The notes under the pieces were generated by a model. The model ran no database searches, was not told the DNA's origin, and saw only the letters and a list, made by a program, of their open reading frames with translations. Below are positions 7,288 through 14,058 of a stretch of 24,000 nucleotides of DNA, piece after piece (positions within the stretch are counted from its first letter, which is position 1; every line of letters begins with the position of its first letter). Origin of the DNA: Pseudomonadota bacterium (GTDB lineage Bacteria; Pseudomonadota; Gammaproteobacteria; HTCC5015); NCBI GenBank assembly GCA_051747425.1, contig JBNJGD010000009.1, positions 27,778 through 51,777 of the forward strand. The letters are read 5' to 3'. A program made the position numbers and the translations under genes.

Positions 7288-7686
7288 ATGACGCAACAAA
7301 AAAGACTGGAATGGTCGCTACTGACCCTGAGAATCGGTGTGTTTATCGTGATGCTGATGTGGACGCTGGACAAGTTCGTCAACCCGGATCACGCCGCCGC
7401 CGTTTTTGACAAGTTTTACGGGCTGAGCGGGTGGGGGCCCGAAATTCTATACACCCTGGCCGGACTGGAACTGGTACTGCTGGCCGCCTTTCTGGCCGGC
7501 TGGCAAAAGCGCATCACCTACGGGCTGGTACTGGCATTTCACGGCGTGTCCACACTGTCCTCGTTTCCCCAGTATCTGGACGCGTTCAACAACCTGCTGT
7601 TTTTTGCCGCCTGGCCCATGCTCGCCGCTTGCATTGCGCTCTACCTGCTGCGCGACAGCGACAAACTGATGATCATCGGCCGATAA
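7288..7686 (+). CDS. Small four-TM membrane protein, DoxX-like, co-transcribed with the TetR gene
   Basis: 132 aa. AAGGAGAAG lies 5 nt upstream, and the gene starts 14 nt after the TetR stop. It has four hydrophobic segments. The DoxX-like assignment rests only on general resemblance. Confidence 0.65.
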   Translation: MTQQKRLEWSLLTLRIGVFIVMLMWTLDKFVNPDHAAAVFDKFYGLSGWGPEILYTLAGLELVLLAAFLAGWQKRITYGLVLAFHGVSTLSSFPQYLDAFNNLLFFAAWPMLAACIALYLLRDSDKLMIIGR

Positions 7687-7689
7687 CTG

Positions 7690-7905
7690 CTACCGGCCCT
7701 CTTCCCTGTTCTGATCCGATGGGCTGTCCCCTTCGGGTCGGGCATAGGCCCGGGAGATGTGTCGCAGGCTTTTCACCTGTCGGGAGAACTGATTACAGGC
7801 TGAACACATCAGCAAATGCATGCGCAGTTGTCCTCGCTTGGCCAAAGTCAGCTTTTCATCCTGTGCCCGGGACATGAGTTGTGTGGCTTGGTGACAATTC
7901 AGCAT
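7690..7905 (-). CDS. Short soluble zinc-binding (zf-HC2 / ZAS) anti-sigma factor
   Basis: 71 aa. H-x3-C-x2-C motif at H30/C34/C37 (RMHLLMCSAC), plus upstream C4/H5. No hydrophobic segment. GAGGAG lies 6 nt before the ATG, which is 9 nt after the sigma-factor stop. Confidence 0.8.
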   Translation of the reverse strand: MLNCHQATQLMSRAQDEKLTLAKRGQLRMHLLMCSACNQFSRQVKSLRHISRAYARPEGDSPSDQNREEGR

Positions 7906-7914
7906 AAAGGCTCC

Positions 7915-8511
7915 TCAGGAAAACCAGTGATTTTCCAGACATTCGCGCAGACGAAGGCGCGCACGATAGAGGGTGACATAAAGGTTGCTCTTGCCAATGT
8001 TCAACTCCGTGCACATTTCTTCCGTACTCAGACCGACAAACTCTCTCATCATAAAGAGCCGCCCCTGCTCTGCCGGCAAATGTTGTAAGCAAGCCTCGAA
8101 AACGGCCATGAATTGATCATCTGAAGTGATGTCCTCTGGAGACCCCCAGTGTTTGGGCCGCTCTCCCTTGTGCCAGAACCCTTTGGCATCAAACAACTGC
8201 TCTTCAAGGCCGGAATCGCTTTCCGTATTGTCGAAGTGAACTTCCTTGCGCCTCTCAATCTGCCTGAAGTGGTCCGCGATCTTGTGCTTCAGAATACCAA
8301 TCACCCAGGTCGAATAGGCCGATTGGCGGGAGAACGAGTGACTGCTTTTCAAGGCACCCAACAACGCTTCCTGAACCATATCTTCTGCCAGCGTCGCATT
8401 GGAGAGTTGCTGCCGGGCGAACCGAAGCATCTTGCTCTGAAGCTCCTCCAAATAGGCCGAGTCGTTCAGCCAGTCGGAACCAGTTTGAGCGAGTGGTTCT
8501 GTGCCGTTCAT
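7915..8511 (-). CDS. ECF (sigma-70 family, group 4) RNA polymerase sigma factor
   Basis: 198 aa from ATG 8511, preceded by GAGGG. Region 2 reads AEDMVQEALLGALKSSHSFSRQSAYSTWVIGILKHKIADHFR. Region 4 reads LPAEQGRLFMMREFVGLSTEEMCTELNIGKSNLYVTLYRARLRLRECL. The upstream part of the 255-aa ORF is Arg/Ala-rich and overlaps the ArsM gene 3' end. Confidence 0.88.
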   Translation of the reverse strand: MNGTEPLAQTGSDWLNDSAYLEELQSKMLRFARQQLSNATLAEDMVQEALLGALKSSHSFSRQSAYSTWVIGILKHKIADHFRQIERRKEVHFDNTESDSGLEEQLFDAKGFWHKGERPKHWGSPEDITSDDQFMAVFEACLQHLPAEQGRLFMMREFVGLSTEEMCTELNIGKSNLYVTLYRARLRLRECLENHWFS

Positions 8512-8578
8512 TCGGAGTGCCCTCAAACACGCTTGTCGTGCGCACACTCTATCATGGGAAGGCGACGCCGCCTGCTGC

Positions 8579-9631
8579 CTAACAGCAAGCGCCATCACGA
8601 CTTTCACTGCCACTCGCGGCGGAGCTGAACGGCACCGACTCGCCACAGCCCTCAAACAGGCCGTAGTGCCGGGTGAAGTCACCTATAAACTCGAAGTGCC
8701 CGGCAAAGCGACTCTCCTCAAGCATGCGGAAAGTATTGCCGCACACCGGGAACACCTTGCCGGTTTCAATGGCGTGATGGGCATCCAGATCGAATCGATG
8801 GGCGTGGCCCGGCACGCTGCCACGGTAGATCACGGCCTGGCCGTGGTCCTCGCAGGCGTCCTCCAGCTCATTGATGTTGAACAGTCGGTAAGTGGCCGAG
8901 TAAAAACGGATATTGCCGATGCGCTCGGCCAGCGCCGGGTCGGTCACGGCGAGCGGGCGGTCCTCGACCAGGCGCGGATCGTTAAAGCCCGCTGTACGGG
9001 ACAAGCGGATAAAATCTTTCCAGTAGAGGGCGCCCCCCAGGCACTCGCCGTAGAGCACCGGGTCGTTGGCCACCGACGCCGGGATGCGGCGGTCGGCATA
9101 AACATCGGAAAAGTAGAACTCGCCGCCGGGCTTGAGCAATTTTTTAACGCCGGCCAGCACAGCGGGCTTGTCGGGGGACAGATTGATGACGCAGTTGGAC
9201 ACCACCACATCAAAGGCGCCCTCCTCCAGGTCCAGCTCGTCGAGCTTTTCGATGTAACCCTTGAGGAAGCGCACATTGTCGTAACCAAACTGATCGGCGT
9301 GATAGATGCGGTGATCCTCGGCCACGGCCAGTTGCTCGTCGGTCATATCCACGCCGACCACTTCGCCCTTTGGTCCCACCAACTGAGCCAGCGCGTAGAC
9401 ATCCCGGCCGCTGCCGCAGCCCAGATCCAGCACTCTGCAGCCCTCCAGCAACTCGGGGCAGACCAGACCACAGCCGTAGTAGCGGGAGAGTACCTCGCCG
9501 TGGATGTTGGCCAGCAGCGGCTTGAGCCACTCGGGCACCTCGCTGGCGTCGCAGCAGGCATCGGTTTTCAGGTCATCGGTACTCTGCAGCGTTTTGCCGT
9601 AGTAGTCCTGAACAATATCGTGTGTCGACAT
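8579..9631 (-). CDS. arsM: As(III) S-adenosylmethionine methyltransferase ArsM
   Basis: 350 aa from ATG 9631, preceded by GAGGAG. It resembles characterised ArsM along its full length: DLKTDACC, YYGCGLVCP, SAM motif VLDLGCGSGRDV, SNCVINLS, FSDVYADRR, YGECLGGALY. All four As-binding Cys positions appear to be present. The ArsM C-terminal domain is present and the protein ends in GACC. Confidence 0.88.
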   Translation of the reverse strand: MSTHDIVQDYYGKTLQSTDDLKTDACCDASEVPEWLKPLLANIHGEVLSRYYGCGLVCPELLEGCRVLDLGCGSGRDVYALAQLVGPKGEVVGVDMTDEQLAVAEDHRIYHADQFGYDNVRFLKGYIEKLDELDLEEGAFDVVVSNCVINLSPDKPAVLAGVKKLLKPGGEFYFSDVYADRRIPASVANDPVLYGECLGGALYWKDFIRLSRTAGFNDPRLVEDRPLAVTDPALAERIGNIRFYSATYRLFNINELEDACEDHGQAVIYRGSVPGHAHRFDLDAHHAIETGKVFPVCGNTFRMLEESRFAGHFEFIGDFTRHYGLFEGCGESVPFSSAASGSESRDGACC

Positions 9632-9656
9632 TACATCTCCTCGGTCACTATCGGTC

Positions 9657-11807
9657 TTATCCGCGGCGCCACTGGTGGTAGCGCGCCAGCCAACGCAGCA
9701 CACCCTCCGGCTTGTGGGCCTGTTTCCACTGGCCGGCGGCAAACTTGTTGGCCTCGGCCAGTGTCGGGTAGGTGTGGATGGTCGAGAGAATCTTGTTCAG
9801 GCCCAGCCCCCAGCGCATGGCAAACACAAACTCGGCCAGTAGCTCGCCGGCGTGGAGGCCCACGATGGTGACACCCAGGATCCGGTCCTTGCCCGGCGGC
9901 GTCAGCACTTTGACGAAGCCCTTGATCTCGCTCTCGGCGATGGCCCGGTCGAGGTCGTCCAGGTCGTAGCGTGTGACTTCGAACGCCACGCCCTGCTCCG
10001 TCGCCTCCTGCTCGTTCAGTCCCACCCGGGCCACCTCGGGGTCGACAAAGGTGGTCCAGGGAATCACGCGGTAGTCCGCCTTGAACTTTTTGAACTGGCC
10101 AAACAAACCGTTCACCGCCGCGTACCAGGCCTGGTGGGCGGCGGTGTGGGTAAATTGATAGGGGCCGGCCACATCGCCCACGGCAAAGATATTGGGGTAC
10201 AGCGTTTCCAGATACTCGTTGGTGACCACGGTGCGATCGGTTTCGATGCCCAGGGTCTCCAGACCGTAACCGGTCAGACGCGGAGCGCGACCCACGGCAC
10301 AGAGCAACTCGTCAAAGGCAATCGCCTCCTCGCGCCCGTCAACCTCCACGATCAGGCGCTTCTCGTCGCCCTCGATCTCGCAGCGCAGGGCCTTGTGGCC
10401 GGTGAGGACGCGCACGCCCTCCTCGCTCAACTCGTGTTTAACCAGCTCGGACACCTCGGCGTCCTCTCGCGCCATCAAGCGCTCACCCATTTCCACCTGA
10501 GTCACTTCGCTGCCGAGTCGGGCAAGGGCCTGGGACAACTCGCAGCCGATGGGGCCGCCGCCGAGCACCAGCAAGCGACGCGGCGGCGACTCCAGGGAGG
10601 CGAAGCGATCCCACAGGGTATCGGAAGTCACATAGCCGACTTCTTCCAGTCCCGGCAACGGCGGCACAAAGGGGCTGGCGCCGGCGGCGATGACGATACT
10701 GCGGGTAGTCAGGCGCTGCGTTTCACCGTTGTCCTTGGCAATCTCAACCGTCCAGGGATCCACAATGGTGGCATAGCCCTGTTGCACATCGACGCCCAGA
10801 CTCTCGTAGCGCTCCACGCTGTCGTGGGGCTCGATATCGCGGATGATCGACTGGATTCGGCCCATGATGGCTTTGAAGGACACAGCGGGCTCGGCGGCCT
10901 CCAGACCGTAGCGCTCGGCGTGGCGCATTTGGTGGGCCAACTTGGCGCTCTTGATCAAGGCCTTGCTGGGGACACAGCCGTAGTTGAGGCAGTCGCCGCC
11001 CATTTTGTGGGCCTCCACCAGGGTGACCTCGGCCTTTACCGCCGCGGCAATATAGGCGCTGACCAGACCGCCGGCACCGGCGCCGATCACCACCATATTG
11101 CGATCAAAGCGTTTGGGCTTTTGCCAACCGCGATAGACCTTGCGGCGGCGGAAGAAAGCGACGATGGCCCTGGCAATCCAGGGAAAGAAGCCCAACAAAA
11201 CAAAGGAGAGGATCAGTTCGGGGGACAAAATACCCGAAGCGCTCTCCAGCTGTCCCAGCTGTGTGCCGGCATTCACATAGACCACCGTACCGGCCAGCAT
11301 GCCCACCTGGCTCACCGCGTAAAAGGTCACGGCGCGCATGGGCGTCAGCCCCATCACCAGGTTAATGACGAAAAACGGAAAGGCGGGAATCAGCCGCAGG
11401 GTAAAGAGATAAAAGGCGCCGTCGCGCTTGATGCCCCGGTTAATGGCTTTGAGGCGGTCGCCAAAGCGTTGCTGCACCGTGTCGCCAAAGACATAGCGGG
11501 CCGAGAGAAAGGCCAGTGTGGCGCCGATGGAGGAGGCAAAGGACACCAGCACCGTGCCCCACAACAGGCCAAACAGGGCACCGGCGGCCAGCGTCATGAT
11601 GGCCGCACCGGGCAGTGAAGCCGCCGTCACCAAGACATAGGCGATAAAGAAACCGCCTATAACCAGCCAGGGGGATTCCTGGCGCCAGAGCGCGACTTCG
11701 TCCAGGCCCGATTTAAGCCCGGCAAAGGTCAAATGCTGGTGGCCGCCCAAGGCAAAGAACACCACAGCAACGGTGGCGATCAGGGCAATAATGATCAGTT
11801 TTTTCAC
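9657..11807 (-). CDS. Fusion protein: N-terminal TVP38/TMEM64 (DedA-superfamily) membrane domain + C-terminal class-I FAD/NAD(P)H pyridine-nucleotide disulfide oxidoreductase
   Basis: The N-terminal ~230 aa are polytopic, with RLIPAFPFFVINLVMGLT (a TVP38/DedA signature). The rest reads VVIGAGAGGLV, redox-active GGDCLNYGCVPSK, a second Rossmann motif LVLGGGPIGCE, and the dimerisation-domain sequence HTYPTLAE. The preferred start is GTG 11807 (AGGA 7 nt upstream, 31 nt after the ArsS stop). The track's TTG at 11915 would overlap ArsS by 77 nt. Confidence 0.85.
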   Translation of the reverse strand: MKKLIIIALIATVAVVFFALGGHQHLTFAGLKSGLDEVALWRQESPWLVIGGFFIAYVLVTAASLPGAAIMTLAAGALFGLLWGTVLVSFASSIGATLAFLSARYVFGDTVQQRFGDRLKAINRGIKRDGAFYLFTLRLIPAFPFFVINLVMGLTPMRAVTFYAVSQVGMLAGTVVYVNAGTQLGQLESASGILSPELILSFVLLGFFPWIARAIVAFFRRRKVYRGWQKPKRFDRNMVVIGAGAGGLVSAYIAAAVKAEVTLVEAHKMGGDCLNYGCVPSKALIKSAKLAHQMRHAERYGLEAAEPAVSFKAIMGRIQSIIRDIEPHDSVERYESLGVDVQQGYATIVDPWTVEIAKDNGETQRLTTRSIVIAAGASPFVPPLPGLEEVGYVTSDTLWDRFASLESPPRRLLVLGGGPIGCELSQALARLGSEVTQVEMGERLMAREDAEVSELVKHELSEEGVRVLTGHKALRCEIEGDEKRLIVEVDGREEAIAFDELLCAVGRAPRLTGYGLETLGIETDRTVVTNEYLETLYPNIFAVGDVAGPYQFTHTAAHQAWYAAVNGLFGQFKKFKADYRVIPWTTFVDPEVARVGLNEQEATEQGVAFEVTRYDLDDLDRAIAESEIKGFVKVLTPPGKDRILGVTIVGLHAGELLAEFVFAMRWGLGLNKILSTIHTYPTLAEANKFAAGQWKQAHKPEGVLRWLARYHQWRRG

Positions 11808-11838
11808 AAGTTCATCCTGTCTTGGCAATGGTTTTGGT

Positions 11839-12813
11839 TCAGTGGCTTTCCAGGGCACCGCCGCAACTGGAGCCACTGCCGGCAGTGCAACCGTAGCAGT
11901 GATCGGCGACGACAATGGGCTGGCCCACGGCGTCGGAAGTCAGCAAGTCACGCAAGTGGGGGCGACCTTCGGAAAAACCCTGCGAAGGCATGGGCAGCTC
12001 CAGCATCTGGTTGAAATCGCAATCGTAGAGATAGCCCTGCCAGTCGACGCTGACCTGGCTGCGACACATCACATGGGGCAGGTTCGCCGCCGAGTGGTTG
12101 CTCTTGAGCAAATCCATGTAGGCGTCAAATTGATGAGTGGCCCGCAACATCGAACCAAAGCGCTTGATGGGCATATTGGTGATGGTGAAGAGCTGGTTGA
12201 ACTCGATGCCGAAGTGCTCGCGCAACTCGCGCTTGTAATCGGCCTCCAGAGCGCCCTGCTCCGGCGGCAGCGAAGCGCCTTGGGGGTTGTACACCAGATT
12301 CAGCACCAGATCGCTGCCGGGTTGGCCGTAACCCAGGGCATTGAGGCGCTTGAGAGCCTCGATACTGCCCTCGAAGACGCCGTCGCCGCGCTGGGCATCG
12401 ACATTGTCCAGGGAGTAGCACGGCAGCGAGGCCACCACTTCCACTTTGTGGTCGGCGAGAAACTGCGCCGTGTCCTCCTGACCCGGCTCGAGCAGTATGG
12501 TCAGGTTGCAGCGATCAATCACATGCACACCGCGCTCGGTGGCGGCCCGCACCAGGCCCTTGAAGCCCTCGTGAATTTCCGGCGCACCGCCGGTGAGATC
12601 CAGTGTTTTAAAGGGACGCTTCTCCAGCACCTCGACAATCAGGTCGAGATTGTCGTCGGTCATCATTTCCGTGCGGCTGGGACTGGAGCCCACATGGCAA
12701 TGACTGCAACTGAGATTGCAGCGGTAGCCAATATTGACTTGCAAGGTGTCCAGTGACTCCCGGCGCAAGGACGGGAAATCGGTATTTTCCAAAAGGGGCA
12801 GTACGGATTTCAT
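11839..12813 (-). CDS. arsS: Radical SAM / Cys-rich C-terminal domain protein of the ArsS (arsenosugar-pathway) family
   Basis: 324 aa. Radical-SAM cluster motif YRCNLSCSHC. The family-typical C-terminal Cys-rich tail reads DHCYGCTAGSGSSCGGAL. Size and layout match the rSAM/Cys-rich (ArsS) family. This is the Cys version, with no in-frame TGA. Confidence 0.82.
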   Translation of the reverse strand: MKSVLPLLENTDFPSLRRESLDTLQVNIGYRCNLSCSHCHVGSSPSRTEMMTDDNLDLIVEVLEKRPFKTLDLTGGAPEIHEGFKGLVRAATERGVHVIDRCNLTILLEPGQEDTAQFLADHKVEVVASLPCYSLDNVDAQRGDGVFEGSIEALKRLNALGYGQPGSDLVLNLVYNPQGASLPPEQGALEADYKRELREHFGIEFNQLFTITNMPIKRFGSMLRATHQFDAYMDLLKSNHSAANLPHVMCRSQVSVDWQGYLYDCDFNQMLELPMPSQGFSEGRPHLRDLLTSDAVGQPIVVADHCYGCTAGSGSSCGGALESH

Positions 12814-12895
12814 AATGATGAATGTATCTTCTCTTCTTTGTTGACGATGTTGTCTATTGAGTCGCTGTGCTGCGAAAACTCTTACAGTATTTTTC

Positions 12896-13741
12896 TCACG
12901 GGCGCCTGAATCGCAGGGTCATTCGGTCGCTTTCACCGATTTCACGGTACTTCTCAATGCAACCGCTGCGCTGTGAATCCTCCAGTGACCGGCAACCGCG
13001 CAGTGAAGGTGGCAGTGACCAGACTCCGGCATCATGGTCCCGGCTGTCTTTGGGGTTGTGGTTGAGTGGGCTCGATGCTTCCAGTTCAAAACCGGCGGAT
13101 TCCACCTTTTCGACCAGCCAGGCTTCGCGCACATAACCCGTGCGCTCTTCCCCTTCCGGAGTGGCGTCGGGCTGTGCCCGGTGTTGCACAATGGCCAGAA
13201 CACCGCCCGGTTTTAGCGCTTCCATGCTGGCAGCGAGCACCTGATCGACAATTCCGCCGCGGATAAAATTGTGGAAATGTCGGGATAAAATCACCATGTC
13301 CAGCGATTCGGGTTCGCCAAATGTGGTGTGCCGGGGAGGCTGGAACGGCACCACTTTCACATCGCCATAGACCGCCGGGCTGGATTCAATCATGTCGACA
13401 AAATCCCGCGCCATGGCGGCGCGCCAGTCCGGCCTGGCGTCCAGGGGAAAGTTGGCGACCACCAACTGGCCTTTGTCCCGCAAAGCCGGCCCCAAGATCT
13501 CGGAGTACCAGCCGCCACCGGGCCAGACCTCCAAAACAGTCATGTCCGGTTCCAGACCCCAGAATTCAAGGGTCTCAACCGGCCTTCTATGGACATCACG
13601 AGCGCGATTCTCGGCACTTCGATGATCGCCATTTACCGCCTTGAGGATGTGATCCTGCTCGGCCCGCTCCGGCAGCGACTGACAGGCCGTCAGCCCCAGC
13701 ACCAGCACCGAAAAAAACAGTTTAAAGGGAATCGCTTGCAT
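12896..13741 (-). CDS. Predicted lipoprotein class-I SAM-dependent methyltransferase (COG4798-like)
   Basis: 281 aa from ATG 13741. Signal peptide with lipobox MQAIPFKLFFSVLVLGLTAC. Methyltransferase core VLEVWPGGGWYSEIL ... LKPGGVLAIVQH. The upstream part of the 323-aa ORF has no coding features. Confidence 0.8.
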   Translation of the reverse strand: MQAIPFKLFFSVLVLGLTACQSLPERAEQDHILKAVNGDHRSAENRARDVHRRPVETLEFWGLEPDMTVLEVWPGGGWYSEILGPALRDKGQLVVANFPLDARPDWRAAMARDFVDMIESSPAVYGDVKVVPFQPPRHTTFGEPESLDMVILSRHFHNFIRGGIVDQVLAASMEALKPGGVLAIVQHRAQPDATPEGEERTGYVREAWLVEKVESAGFELEASSPLNHNPKDSRDHDAGVWSLPPSLRGCRSLEDSQRSGCIEKYREIGESDRMTLRFRRP

Positions 13742-13810
13742 CCTTGTTCTCCAAAATTCGAGTGATATCAACCGGAAACGCCCCCACTCAGTCGGCCCAA
13801 CCAGACATTT

Positions 13811-13827
13811 CTTACACATTGTGCAAG
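13811..13827. promoter_or_regulatory. Imperfect 17-bp palindrome CTTACACATTGTGCAAG, candidate operator upstream of the methyltransferase/ArsS operon
   Basis: 14 of 17 positions are self-complementary. It lies 70 bp upstream of ATG 13741, in the 317-bp region shared divergently with deaD. Confidence 0.3.
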
Positions 13828-13978
13828 AGAAGCCCTTTTTTTCGACTGAAGCAGTGTATTCAATCAATCGATGAAAAGCTTATGACGCACGCCACCTCCA
13901 CAAGCTGAACCTTACCGCGTTTGTGAAAAAAATTTGTGATATTAGCCAATATATCCTCTCTATTTCCGTCGCATGGCG

Positions 13979-13984
13979 TATAAT
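13979..13984 (+). promoter_or_regulatory. Candidate -10 hexamer (perfect TATAAT) for deaD
   Basis: A perfect TATAAT lies 75 nt upstream of the deaD ATG, in the most AT-rich stretch of the window. No convincing -35 was seen, so confidence is low. Confidence 0.3.
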
Positions 13985-14058
13985 GCGCACTCTTGTTTGG
14001 CAACGCTGGTTTTGGAAGTCTTTTGGCTGGCCGGTAACTGCCCCCTTAGGTTCTCTCC

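Noticed and set aside
8512-8578. Shared ECF-type promoter (-35 GGAAC-like / -10 CGT-like) upstream of the sigma gene and upstream of the block (13742-13900)
   Set aside because: I compared the two regions by eye and found no motif with consistent spacing in both. I make no promoter call.
8501-9871. 456-aa plus-strand ORF
   Set aside because: It is antisense to arsM and the 3' end of the fusion gene. It has no domain signatures and has shadow-ORF composition.
9852-11618. 588-aa plus-strand ORF
   Set aside because: It is antisense to the TVP38::disulfide reductase gene. The composition is Gly/Ala/His/Gln-rich with no motifs, so it is a shadow ORF.
9657-11807. Calling the fusion's reductase domain mercuric reductase MerA
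   Set aside because: It lacks the N-terminal HMA (NmerA) domain and the C-terminal vicinal Cys pair needed for Hg(II) handling. No other mer genes are nearby. The generic class-I disulfide reductase call is safer.
11839-12895. ArsS as a selenoprotein, or as a RiPP maturase with a hidden precursor peptide
   Set aside because: The C-terminal motif uses Cys and there is no in-frame TGA. The only adjacent non-coding gap (82 nt, 12814-12895) contains no start codon or ORF for a precursor.
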